Source: a virus. Taken from it: a stretch of DNA of 64,000 bases. This document shows, piece by piece, positions 20,101 to 30,069 of the stretch. The notes below the pieces were generated by a model. The model was not told the DNA's origin, did not search any database, and saw nothing but the letters and a program-made list of their open reading frames with translations. Numbering within the stretch: position 1 is the first letter of the stretch; the number at the start of each line of letters is the position of its first letter. Both the position numbers and the translations under genes were made by a program. Where the stretch lies: positions 40,284 through 104,283 of IMG/VR virus record IMGVR_UViG_3300010938_000009. The stretch is one strand, 5' to 3'.

Positions 20101-20640
20101 TTATCCCTTGAATATAAAAGGTACATTATAGTTTACTTTACCTTTATTACGTTTCACAAATACTTGCCACTTTATATTATAATCTTGTACTAATTTACTT
20201 TTAACTTTATAAATAGCTTGTCGGCTAACTCCTAAGTCTTTACCTACTTGAGTTAAAGTTTTATTATCAAAGTATATTTTTTCTAATACATCAATTTGAT
20301 GAAAAGTTAATCTATTTCTATTTTCTTCTAAAAACTTACGCATTATTGCGTATTCACTTAATTTATTCAAACTGCTATAAAAATAATATTTTACTGTAGC
20401 AGCATTACTTAAGTTCATAACTTCTGATATATATTTAAAGCTTTTATTTTCGTACATATACATTTTTACTATTTTTTCTTTTTTATTTGTTAAGACGTCC
20501 CAAGGTATTGAAATATCTGGTTCTGGTTCTGTAAATAACTCTTCTTCTAATGACTTAGGATCAGGTATATTACTTAAGTCCTTTCTATATACTAATGTTG
20601 GTTCTTTCTTCATTCGTCTTTCATCATTACTCATTTTCAT
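20101..20640 (-). CDS. sigma70 region 4-like double HTH DNA-binding protein
   Basis: SFKYISEVMNLS and TLTQVGKDLGVSRQAIYK HTH motifs. Confidence 0.65.
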   Translation of the reverse strand: MKMSNDERRMKKEPTLVYRKDLSNIPDPKSLEEELFTEPEPDISIPWDVLTNKKEKIVKMYMYENKSFKYISEVMNLSNAATVKYYFYSSLNKLSEYAIMRKFLEENRNRLTFHQIDVLEKIYFDNKTLTQVGKDLGVSRQAIYKVKSKLVQDYNIKWQVFVKRNKGKVNYNVPFIFKG

Positions 20641-20686
20641 TTCTTCCTTAAAATCTATAAGCTTCTCATAAGCTCTAATGTATTTA

Positions 20687-20715
20687 AGTATAAAGCAGTT
20701 TTAATATTAAGTCAA
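20687..20715 (-). promoter_or_regulatory. sigma70-type promoter
   Basis: Minus strand TTGACT-17 nt-TATACT. Confidence 0.7.
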
Positions 20716-20718
20716 GCT

Positions 20719-21057
20719 TTATTTAAGATAAAGTAATTTATCCATTTCATTTATCTCAAATTCTATCCCATCTTGGTTTTTAAGTACTTTATCATTTGCG
20801 TCTATAATGAATAAACTGACATGAGCTATAGTATTAAACCCATATGGTTCACTACTTAAGGGACTTATTACATCTAATATATCTTCTTTTCTAATAAGAA
20901 AATAGTGTTCTATAGTTTCAGGCCAATGGTCATCTAGTTTACTCGTAGAAAAGTATTTTCTTTCTACTATCAACTCTTTACCATATTTACTTTGATAATA
21001 TAACCAAGCCTTCTTAAGTCTTAGATAAGCTGTCTTATTTTCCTTGGTTAGTTTCAT
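20719..21057 (-). CDS. hypothetical protein with C-terminal LY tag
   Basis: Ends NEMDKLLYLK. Confidence 0.55.
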   Translation of the reverse strand: MKLTKENKTAYLRLKKAWLYYQSKYGKELIVERKYFSTSKLDDHWPETIEHYFLIRKEDILDVISPLSSEPYGFNTIAHVSLFIIDANDKVLKNQDGIEFEINEMDKLLYLK

Positions 21058-21100
21058 ATTAAAATTCCTATAAAGTGTAAAAGATTAAAAGTATAAAGGA

Positions 21101-21678
21101 TCAAATTTTTGTTCTCACCAGGCGGAACCCCACACTACGGCTGTGGAGAATGGGGTAGTCCCTATTGCAAAAAGCAGAACGCAAGCCCTGAGGGTCGCTG
21201 CACCAACCGCCCCCATGGAAAACACGAAGGGAACCACTATAAATACTAGAGGTCCATTCCCAAACGTTTCCGTGCATATCGTATAATCCCCATTTATTAG
21301 GTTTTTTAAGCCTACAGCTTGAGTTTTATGATTCGAGTTCTCATAAAACCAAACATAGTTAAATAATTCTTCTACGTCGTTGCCGAAGCAATACTCCGTC
21401 GTAGAACCAGCTCTGCAACAATACTCCCACTCTTCTTCTGAAGGTAAACGGTAAATGTAATCTTTTTGTTTTAGATTTAATTGCTGAATTAAATCTAAGC
21501 AAGCGTTATAACTAACTTGTTCTATTGGATTACTTGTGCCTTTAAAATAACTGGGATTGTTTTGCATAAAAAACTCCCAAAGCTTTTGCGTAAATTGAGT
21601 AGTTTGAATTTCAAAAGCTTTGTTAGGGATTTTAACAAAATCAAACTCATATAACTGTTTTAATAATTCTTCATTCAT
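21101..21678 (-). CDS. FGE-sulfatase (CLec-fold) protein, frameshifted; DGR-target-like
   Basis: PIEQVSY, YRLPSEEEWEYCCRAG in frame 0. After a -1 shift at 21301-21307 it reads KPNKWGLYDMHGNVWEW...GGGW...VGFRLVRTKI* (stop 21101-21103). Confidence 0.8.
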
Positions 21679-22108
21679 ATATTTTTAATGCTTTCTTTAC
21701 CTTATTTAGATAATTAAAATTAATAATTAAACCTTTTTTATTATACCTTATACTACCTGCATTATAAGCTAGTATAGCTAAGTCTATGTCTTTATACCTA
21801 GTTAACTGGTACTTTAAATATTTGGCGGCATAGTAAGCATTAGTATAAGGCTCTAATAATCCTAGTTTAGTGCCTTTATAGCCCATATCTTTAGCTGTAG
21901 GGTATTGTACCTGACATAAACCCATACTATTATGTCCATTTCCATCGTTGTAGTTAATAGCTTTAGGATTATGACTACTTTCTACCCAACATATAGCTTT
22001 AAGTACTTTACTGTCAACTCCTACTGTATTAGCAGCTTTAATTATAACGTCTGTTACAGCTAAAGCTTTAATAGATAGTAATGATAATAATATTATAGTT
22101 TTTGTCAT
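21671..22108 (-). CDS. lytic transglycosylase (SLT domain) with signal peptide
   Basis: AICWVESS, SMGLCQV, AYNAG. Confidence 0.88.
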   Translation of the reverse strand: MTKTIILLSLLSIKALAVTDVIIKAANTVGVDSKVLKAICWVESSHNPKAINYNDGNGHNSMGLCQVQYPTAKDMGYKGTKLGLLEPYTNAYYAAKYLKYQLTRYKDIDLAILAYNAGSIRYNKKGLIINFNYLNKVKKALKIYE

Positions 22109-22201
22109 AGGAAGTCAATCGTTAGTTTTACCTATAATACCTATAAGTAATGTTATTACTATTAAAGTTAACATAGTTTTCTCTCCCAATGGTTTTCTAT
22201 T

Positions 22202-22609
22202 TTATCTATTATAAGAGTTTCTAATAGTTAGAATACTAGAAAATATTATTTTGTTGCGACATTTTTGAGTAGCTTTTTTTCTTATAATATTTATCATATT
22301 CTTTTTGTATTTTTTTCCAGGTTTATTACAATTTTTATAAGTTTGTAAGTTACAATATTTTAATTGAATTGACTTTTCTCCTAAAAATACATATAAACCT
22401 AATACGTTAGTAAAAGATTTTAAACCATAAGTATTAAATTCATTTGTTAAACTTTTATCTTTTTTTTCTATCTCTATATCTCTCTGTACTTTATATCTAG
22501 GATTTTTAATAGCTATATAAGTTACTAGAGTTTTAGCCACTTTTTCTTCAACAGTAACAGGAAGCTCATATAGCTCTTTAAATAAATCTAGGTTAATTTT
22601 AGAGAACAT
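22202..22609 (-). CDS. hypothetical protein
   Basis: 135-aa ORF after the VWA gene. Confidence 0.45.
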   Translation of the reverse strand: MFSKINLDLFKELYELPVTVEEKVAKTLVTYIAIKNPRYKVQRDIEIEKKDKSLTNEFNTYGLKSFTNVLGLYVFLGEKSIQLKYCNLQTYKNCNKPGKKYKKNMINIIRKKATQKCRNKIIFSSILTIRNSYNR

Positions 22610-22610
22610 T

Positions 22611-25007
22611 TTACTTCCTTTTCTGCACTTCTACTTTAGTTTTAGCTCCCCAATCATACTGCACTTTACAGTTAGGTAATAAAGCCCATAATACAGGGTA
22701 TTTAGGTTTTTTTAGCTCATTACCTTCAAAGTTCATACCATCAGTAAAGTAAATTAAACCGTCTATTTCTAAGTCTTTACACTTATCAAATACAGGTTTA
22801 AATGCAGTACCACCTCTACCTTTAAACTCAAACTTATGTTTAGGATCAAATTCTCCTATCCATTGAATTTTAGCATCACAAGCTATTAAAGTAATTTTAA
22901 CGTCATCTCTATGTATTCTATCTACTTCCGCCATAAATTGATTTAAACACTCTGTATCAACTGAACCTGATTCGTCAATAGCTACTGCTAAGTGTAGTTT
23001 AGGATAAACTTTAGTTCCTGGAAAAATAATACCATAACGTCTATTTCTAGCTTTTCTTGAGGACTCAATAACTATTTCTGCTGTTTTAGCTACAAACCTT
23101 TGTAAGTCTTGTTTCCAGTTTTTAGGTTTATAATTAAGCCTATTAATAGCTTCAAGTATATCTCCAGGTAAATTACCTATACCGCCACTTTGTTCTACAG
23201 ATTTATTAATTATAGACTTTACCTTTTCAGTAACATATTCTTCATCGGGATTACCTTCAGCCCATAAACTATGATCATCAATTATTATAACTCCTTGTCC
23301 ACCGCTTTGATTACCATCTTTACTTTCTTCTTGCTTAAGAAATTCATAGTAATATTCCATATTTTGCCTATGTTCTATTCTAGGTATTTCTTTCTTTAAG
23401 TCTTCTACTAAACAAGGTCTACCTTCCATTGGTTTACCTGCATCTAGACTAGGATTAGGTATTTTATTACCATCTTTATCCATTATTTCAGTAGGATGAC
23501 GCATTACATTACCTTCTTTATCAAACATTTGTAGTTTTTTAGGTAAATTAGGTAAATATTCATTAATAGCATAATCTGCGGCTCTGTTTAATCTATTAGC
23601 ATCAAACATACTTTTAATTTTATCAATTAAAGGTTTATCTTTTTCTAACATATTAGGTTCAAGGAAATTAAACCTGTGAAAGTGATTCATCATTACATGA
23701 TAACAATTGTGTACAAGAGTTTTATTTGCAAAAAAATTATGATTATCAGCTACAGTAATATCATACAATTGTGATCTTACAAACTTTTTATTTTTTACAG
23801 AAATTATCTTTTTTGCTGAAAATTCTAAAAAGTTTGTATTAAGTTTTTTAGAATTTAATTTATTATAATATTTTTCAGAAATTTTATATTTCATGCTATT
23901 ATGAATATAAGGTGCTATTAAAGCAAATAATTTATTTGTAGCTTCTTTTTTTAATTTAATATTAAATAAATGTGGTTTTCCAGATCTTTGTTTAATTTCT
24001 GATCTTAAACCAAATTTATTTTTTAAAGTTTTTACAATAAGTTTTTGTTCTTCCAAAGAAAAACCTTCCGTATGAAAAAAAGAAGAACCATAATTATTCC
24101 AACTTCCATCATCCATAAACCAAAAAGCTAAAGCTACAGTATCTAAATTTTTCATTAAAAACTTAATATTTTTTTTGTTTTTAATATAAACTAATTCTCT
24201 TAGTTTTTTTGTTTGCTCATTAGTGCCATGATTGATCCTTAAATTAGAGTATTCATTTTTATAATCGCTCCAACTATTTACAATTTTTCCACCTAATATA
24301 GAATGTTTATATTCTATATAATCTTTATGAATTTTGCTTCCAGTAGAAGAAAATTGACCTGTAGAATTAATACAAGAATCTCCCAATAAACAACCGATAA
24401 TTACACTTAATTGATCTTTATTGAATAAAGGTCTTTCTTTGTTTCTTTGTCTATCTATATCTATTTTTCTAATACTATATAAATTTTTAGCTTTTTCCGC
24501 TTCAATATACTCTATTTTTGGATTAAATATATCTCTAGTTACAGCTATTTTATGATCATTCGTACAAACTACTGAAGAGTATAAATAAGGACTTTTAGCA
24601 TATTTCAAACTTACCCATCGTTTATTAGGATAATCTTTAATAGGTTTTTTAGAATAACCTATTACTGGTTTATATTCTAATTTTCCTTTTTTAGATAAAG
24701 ATAGAACATTTACTTTAAGTTTATTTTCTACTATTTCTCCAATAGTAATATCTCCTTTATCTGTTTTTACTAATACGTTTTTAGCTACACATTCATGCTT
24801 TAAAACGTCTACTTGCTCTGTTAATGACATACTTTTCCAAAAGAAAGGGTTAACATACAGATTTACATTATCTGTAACATTAACTCCCAAAGTTGGTACA
24901 TCAGTAGTATAAGTTCTAGTCATATTTAATATTAAATTAGCAAAAAAGGGTTCTTTTTTAATTAACTCTGTTATCGCTACTTCTATTAAATTTGCATGGT
25001 TACTCAT
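22611..25007 (-). CDS. DUF2201-type metallopeptidase/VWA protein with intein
   Basis: HE|CYH (HExxH after splicing), NRAADYAINE, VWA AIDESGSV, GRGGTAF, YFTDG. Confidence 0.85.
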   Translation of the reverse strand: MSNHANLIEVAITELIKKEPFFANLILNMTRTYTTDVPTLGVNVTDNVNLYVNPFFWKSMSLTEQVDVLKHECVAKNVLVKTDKGDITIGEIVENKLKVNVLSLSKKGKLEYKPVIGYSKKPIKDYPNKRWVSLKYAKSPYLYSSVVCTNDHKIAVTRDIFNPKIEYIEAEKAKNLYSIRKIDIDRQRNKERPLFNKDQLSVIIGCLLGDSCINSTGQFSSTGSKIHKDYIEYKHSILGGKIVNSWSDYKNEYSNLRINHGTNEQTKKLRELVYIKNKKNIKFLMKNLDTVALAFWFMDDGSWNNYGSSFFHTEGFSLEEQKLIVKTLKNKFGLRSEIKQRSGKPHLFNIKLKKEATNKLFALIAPYIHNSMKYKISEKYYNKLNSKKLNTNFLEFSAKKIISVKNKKFVRSQLYDITVADNHNFFANKTLVHNCYHVMMNHFHRFNFLEPNMLEKDKPLIDKIKSMFDANRLNRAADYAINEYLPNLPKKLQMFDKEGNVMRHPTEIMDKDGNKIPNPSLDAGKPMEGRPCLVEDLKKEIPRIEHRQNMEYYYEFLKQEESKDGNQSGGQGVIIIDDHSLWAEGNPDEEYVTEKVKSIINKSVEQSGGIGNLPGDILEAINRLNYKPKNWKQDLQRFVAKTAEIVIESSRKARNRRYGIIFPGTKVYPKLHLAVAIDESGSVDTECLNQFMAEVDRIHRDDVKITLIACDAKIQWIGEFDPKHKFEFKGRGGTAFKPVFDKCKDLEIDGLIYFTDGMNFEGNELKKPKYPVLWALLPNCKVQYDWGAKTKVEVQKRK
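23706..24791 (-). mobile_element. intein (362 aa) with LAGLIDADG homing endonuclease
   Basis: KHE|CVAKNVLV...CTNDHKI...IIGCLLGDS...LAFWFMDDG...LYDITVADNHNFFANKTLVHN|CYH. Confidence 0.92.
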
Positions 25008-25010
25008 AAA

Positions 25011-26105
25011 TTAAGTCTTTCCTCTAGCCTTTTTAATAATTTCTATAATTTCTTTATCAGCTTGGAACATTTCTCTACAATTTTCTAAGATGTATAACTC
25101 ATGAAGTATGTTAAAACATAACTCTCTTGGAATAGTTTTAACAAAACCGATAATATTTTCTTCTTCTTTTTTAGTTAATTTCTTGTTACTTTTTCTTGAC
25201 TTAAGGTTATCCATTAAGTCATCACAAGTATATTTAAGTAAATCAATTCTACCACCTGTTTCAGAATTAGAATACTTTTCAAGTCTTTCTTTAAAGTCTG
25301 GAAAGTTTTTGATAATATCATTAGCTGAAATAGGTTTATCTTTATTTTTAAGTGAAGACATAAAAGCCACTGTAGCTTCATGTCCTATTAGACCATAACA
25401 TAGTTCTTGTAATAAAGGTAGTGGAGTTTTAGCGGCGATTAGTCTGTTAACGCTGTCCCAACTACGTCTACTAGGTTTAACTTCTTCTAATGTAAATTCT
25501 TCTAGTTTACTTTGAAGTAATTCAGGTTGATCTACAATAAAGTTAATTACTTCTTTAGAAAAGTTAGTGTTTTTAGCATACTCTATCCACTCTTGTACTG
25601 ATGGGGATAGTTTAATATGACAAAACCTATCCATTAAAGCTTTATCTGACACATCTGTTACTATATAATCTTCTGTATTTGGATTTTGGGCGGCGATAAC
25701 ATATACATTTTCAGGTAATGTAATAGTATGCATTTTTCTATCCAACACTAGTTGAAATACCGCTTGCAATACGTCTCTTCTAGCTCTGTTAAATTCATCT
25801 AGAAAAATAATACCATATTTCTTAGGGTTTTTATTAGCCCAATCAATTAGCTCTGTTAGCCATTTTGGAGTCATAAAAACTGTAGTTGTTTTATTGCCTG
25901 ACTTATCTGTACCAAAATCAGGTAGACCTAATAAATCTCCTACATCTTGTGTACCTAGTCTTAGGTCAACAAATTTATGTCCACCTTCCTCTGCAAACTG
26001 CTTTACAGCTTGTGATTTACCTATTCCATGATGTCCAATTACCAATGGCGCAATATTTGACTGAAACAAATAAGGTAATGCCTCTTTGAATGTACTAATA
26101 AACAT
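25011..26105 (-). CDS. MoxR-like AAA+ ATPase
   Basis: GHHGIGKS, FLDEFNRA, AAQNP, ALMDRF, PSRRSW; adjacent to the VWA gene. Confidence 0.88.
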   Translation of the reverse strand: MFISTFKEALPYLFQSNIAPLVIGHHGIGKSQAVKQFAEEGGHKFVDLRLGTQDVGDLLGLPDFGTDKSGNKTTTVFMTPKWLTELIDWANKNPKKYGIIFLDEFNRARRDVLQAVFQLVLDRKMHTITLPENVYVIAAQNPNTEDYIVTDVSDKALMDRFCHIKLSPSVQEWIEYAKNTNFSKEVINFIVDQPELLQSKLEEFTLEEVKPSRRSWDSVNRLIAAKTPLPLLQELCYGLIGHEATVAFMSSLKNKDKPISANDIIKNFPDFKERLEKYSNSETGGRIDLLKYTCDDLMDNLKSRKSNKKLTKKEEENIIGFVKTIPRELCFNILHELYILENCREMFQADKEIIEIIKKARGKT

Positions 26106-26173
26106 AATTTTCTCTCCTTTATTTAGTCTTATTTAAAAATTTAAATCTAAGTTAAGTAGTCTAGTTCGATTAT

Positions 26174-27526
26174 CTATTTTCCTATTAATTTAATTAAAGT
26201 TTTACTTAATTTTTTAATTGTTGATTTTTTAAAAACTATTTTATTTTCAAAATTAAAGTGATTTAAACCTACATATTCTTGGTCATTAAAAATATAATGT
26301 TCTACCGATAGTTTATCATTGATTTTATATTTTTTCAAAACTTTTATTTGTTCTTGCTCCATTTTAGCCTTTCTTAAAAAATTATTATTTGTTCATAATT
26401 TATAGGTAATACTATAAAACCTTCTATAATCTGATTATTATAGATTATTCCATAAGTTTCATTTATATAATATTTTCTACATTTAGTTTTACCTATAACA
26501 AATAAAGGTTTAATTTCTGCAATAGGAGGTATTTCTGAATCTTTTAAAAACCTTCTTTTACTTAGATCTGTGTTATTAATATATTCTTCAAATTTAACTT
26601 TTTTCTTTTTTATGAAAAATTCTTTTATCGTTTTTAGCATTTTTAATCTCTTCATTTTTATTCCTTGATTTAAAATAATCTTCTTTTTCTTTACGTTTCA
26701 TTTCCTGATAATACTTCATAACTTTTTCATCAGCTTTACCTCTTTTAAGAGTTTCTTCCACCTCTTTTATAGCCAGTGCCGCCATTTGTTTGCTAGGATA
26801 TAATCCACAAATAGTACCTTTATTATCTACTAAAACGTACCATTTTCCTGTAGCTTTTAAATTATACTCCGGATATTCTGTACTCCACTCACCTCTTTCT
26901 TGAATAACTAATTCTAATTTACTCATATAACTCCTTTTATAAGTATAGATTTTTTACTAAATCTTTATTATCTACTCTAACGCATAACTGTTCTATTTTA
27001 GTTTCATAATATCTTGCTAACTCTTTTGTTTTTACTTTAACTAGATCATAAAGATAACCTTCTTGTTTACCTCTAATTGGTAATGTTACATCTATTACTT
27101 GTAAGTAACAATTTTTATCTGATCTATAAAACATATCTCCAACTTTATATTTAGGTTTTCTTTTTTTAATATTCATATTTCTAATCCTTCCTGTTCTAAA
27201 GTTAACATTAGATTATCTAATTGATCTTTTAATTTTATATATTCATCATGTTCAGCTTCAATCATTTGATATTCTATTTCTTCAAGTATATTAAATAATT
27301 CTATTTCTTTCATATATACCTTTCAATGTATTAACTGACTTTTAATATATTGTTCATATATCATTTTTAATTGTTCATCATCCATATTTAATAAGTCTTC
27401 TAAAGCTTTATTTTGTGCGTATTCTAATAAATCTTCTTTATCCCAAAATTCCATATTTTCTATCAATGTTTCAATCATATCATTTTTTTGTTTGTCTGTT
27501 AGTTTCATTGTTTGCCTTTGGTGCAA
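26174..27526 (-). CDS. cluster of small hypothetical ORFs (26174-26362, 26374-26655, 26594-26926, 26937-27176, 27323-27526)
   Basis: Co-oriented short ORFs; 26937-27176 has YKVGD and ends DLVKNLYL. Confidence 0.5.
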
Positions 27527-28196
27527 GTTTTATATTAAATATTGTTTTAGCTAATTTTCCTGTATATATAGCCGTAGCCTGACTAGTACCTTCCCAACAT
27601 ACATTATAAAAACAAGATTTACCTATTTCATAGGTATGAACAATTATACCGTAATTACTTTTTTCATGTAAGGTATTATTATTTTTTAAATTACCTACTA
27701 CAATAAGATTTTTAATATTAGTGTAACAAGCAGGATATACGTCACAAGTTTTTGTTGTAAGGTTTTTACTATCATTTCCAGCACTTACTACAACTTTTAT
27801 ACCTAAATCACTAGCTTTTGATATAACAAAATATTCTTTAGTTATAAATTTCTTTCCAGATAATGATATATTAAGTAAATCTACTTTATTTATAATAGCT
27901 TTATCTACTGCTTTGTAAACTGTGCTAACGTCTTTTATATTATATTTATATATAACCAAACAATAATCTATTGTACCAAGATTTTCTACAATTGTCAAAG
28001 CTATATTTGTGCCATGTCCGTTAAAATCTCTACCAATCCCTTTTTTATTAGTTTCAAAGTCATAATGCCCTTTAGAGCAAAGTTTTATATTGCCTAATTT
28101 AGTTAAATCTAATCCAGTGTCAATTATCCCAATTTTTACTTGGGCGGCATAAACCAAATTTATGTTCAATATAAGTAATATTAATAATTTTAACAT
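27480..28196 (-). CDS. S8 subtilisin-like peptidase with signal peptide
   Basis: Catalytic triad motifs IIDTG, GHGT, GTSQAT; oxyanion SAGND. Confidence 0.88.
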   Translation of the reverse strand: MLKLLILLILNINLVYAAQVKIGIIDTGLDLTKLGNIKLCSKGHYDFETNKKGIGRDFNGHGTNIALTIVENLGTIDYCLVIYKYNIKDVSTVYKAVDKAIINKVDLLNISLSGKKFITKEYFVISKASDLGIKVVVSAGNDSKNLTTKTCDVYPACYTNIKNLIVVGNLKNNNTLHEKSNYGIIVHTYEIGKSCFYNVCWEGTSQATAIYTGKLAKTIFNIKLAPKANNETNRQTKK

Positions 28197-28420
28197 TATT
28201 TATCCTTTCTAACGTCTTTATCATCTTTATATAATAAAGTAGCTGTTTCTAAGTCAACTTTAGAACAAAACCTATTAACAAAACTAGCTGTTAAGTGTAA
28301 ACATTCGTCATTTTCTTCTTTTCTAACAAATACTACGTCATTTAAGGTATTTATAACAAAATATATCTCTTTAGTTCCTACGTCTATTATATAGTCGTTC
28401 TTTTTAAATTTACACGCCAT
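28196..28420 (-). CDS. small SH3-like protein with LY tag
   Basis: FKKND; ETATLLYKD near C-terminus. Confidence 0.5.
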   Translation of the reverse strand: MACKFKKNDYIIDVGTKEIYFVINTLNDVVFVRKEENDECLHLTASFVNRFCSKVDLETATLLYKDDKDVRKDK

Positions 28421-29030
28421 AAATTAATTCCAACTCTTCGTTTTTATAAGAATCTATAACTTTTTGAATTTCATTATTTAAAGTATCTTTTTCTTTTATT
28501 AAACTGTTTAATTCTTCTTGGTAAGAGTTAACTTTAGTTTTTAATTCATTTGTTTGATTATTATAAGCAACTATTTTAGCTTTAAAAAGATCACAAGCTT
28601 GTTGATGACTCGCAATCGCATCATCAATAGCTTTGAAATGATTTGTTCTAATACCTTCTTTTTTAAGGTTTTTTAATAATATTATATTACTGCTTTTATT
28701 ATAATATTTCTCAGGGTTAAAATAAGTAATTTTAACTAATTTTTCAGGATTAAATATAATTTCAACAGTAGGACTAACAGAAATATAAAATTTAGATAGT
28801 TTTTCAACTTTAACTTTATCATTTGTTCTACTTTTTATAGAATTTAATTCCAAATTAGCAGTTTCTAAACTATTATAAACTTTAACTTTATAAAGATTAG
28901 ATTTCTGTGGAGTCATAAACATTACTTTAGTACCATAACCTTTGTATAATAAAGTTTTGCCTTGACTCTTTTTAGTTATAACATAATAGTTATTAAAATC
29001 ATAATAGTTCACTTCAAATTTAAAACTCAT
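28410..29030 (-). CDS. hypothetical coiled-coil protein with terminal IY tag
   Basis: Ends NEELELIYGV. Confidence 0.55.
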   Translation of the reverse strand: MSFKFEVNYYDFNNYYVITKKSQGKTLLYKGYGTKVMFMTPQKSNLYKVKVYNSLETANLELNSIKSRTNDKVKVEKLSKFYISVSPTVEIIFNPEKLVKITYFNPEKYYNKSSNIILLKNLKKEGIRTNHFKAIDDAIASHQQACDLFKAKIVAYNNQTNELKTKVNSYQEELNSLIKEKDTLNNEIQKVIDSYKNEELELIYGV

Positions 29031-29191
29031 TGTATAGTCCTTTCTTCATACAGATAATCTAATTTTTCTGGATGTATTTCTAATTCTTTTTTAGCTTTAA
29101 ACTTTTCTCGGTCAATATCTTGATAAAACTTATAAGTTTCAATGTAGCCTGTATTTTTATCTCTAATGTATAATACAAACTTTTTAGTCAT
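29027..29191 (-). CDS. 54-aa hypothetical protein (not in ORF track)
   Basis: Hand translation MTKKFVLYIRDK...PEKLDYLYEERTIQ*, ATGA-coupled to the next gene. Confidence 0.5.
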   Translation of the reverse strand: MTKKFVLYIRDKNTGYIETYKFYQDIDREKFKAKKELEIHPEKLDYLYEERTIQ

Positions 29192-29193
29192 GT

Positions 29194-29463
29194 TTAATCA
29201 CATGAGTTACTACACCACCATTGTGTAATATAATCCTTTCCTATTTTCTTATAACTACTATATCCATAAAATCCGTATCCTGATGGATGTCTGTTACATT
29301 GTAATTGGATTAGCCTAGCTTTTTCTACATCAATAGGCATATCAGATACCACAGTAAAAATCCATTCTCCGTAACCTTTTGTTGGTTTAAATGTCATATC
29401 TAAATGTGATATACCGTAAAGATTCACAATATTTGGATCTAATTTTTCTAATTGGTTTACCAT
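29194..29463 (-). CDS. hypothetical protein
   Basis: Start moved to MVNQLEK (AGGAAGG SD), downstream of the promoter at 29481-29509. Confidence 0.55.
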   Translation of the reverse strand: MVNQLEKLDPNIVNLYGISHLDMTFKPTKGYGEWIFTVVSDMPIDVEKARLIQLQCNRHPSGYGFYGYSSYKKIGKDYITQWWCSNSCD

Positions 29464-29480
29464 AACCTTCCTTTTAAAGG

Positions 29481-29509
29481 AGTTTATCACAACTAAAAAC
29501 TATTGTCAA
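29481..29509 (-). promoter_or_regulatory. sigma70-type promoter
   Basis: Minus strand TTGACA-17 nt-TAAACT. Confidence 0.65.
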
Positions 29510-29655
29510 CCACAAACTTTCTTTTTATTTTTAATTTTTCTTTTATTATTCAATAAACTAATTATCATATAAGTATTATTATAATATAAGTATATTATAG
29601 TATACTAATTAATATAATTATTTATTATAATTATATTAATTTATTATAATACTAT

Positions 29656-30057
29656 CTAGTTACTACCTAAGTCTTTGTTAATTGATAGTTTAATATAATC
29701 TTTATCTAAATCAGTTAGGTTATATAACTTTTGTACTATTTCTAGTGTTATATCTGTTAACATATCTACGTCTATAACATTAATGTAATAACTAGAATTA
29801 ACTAATTCTATTATAGCTTTTTTGTATTTCTCTATATCATTAACAGTCATAACCTTAGTTATAATGATATCCTCTTTTTTTATCTTTAAAACATCTAATA
29901 ACTTATTAAGATATACTTCACTAACTTGATTAGGACTATTCAACATTCTACTTAAACTACTTTGGGCGACTCCCATTAGTTGAGCTACTTTTGACACATT
30001 ACTGTGTTTATCAATTAGCCGTCTTAGTTCTTTTTTAAACTCTTTAACATTATCCAT
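29656..30057 (-). CDS. XRE-family HTH regulator
   Basis: VSKVAQLMGVAQSSLSRML. Confidence 0.7.
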   Translation of the reverse strand: MDNVKEFKKELRRLIDKHSNVSKVAQLMGVAQSSLSRMLNSPNQVSEVYLNKLLDVLKIKKEDIIITKVMTVNDIEKYKKAIIELVNSSYYINVIDVDMLTDITLEIVQKLYNLTDLDKDYIKLSINKDLGSN

Positions 30058-30069
30058 ATTATTTCCTTT

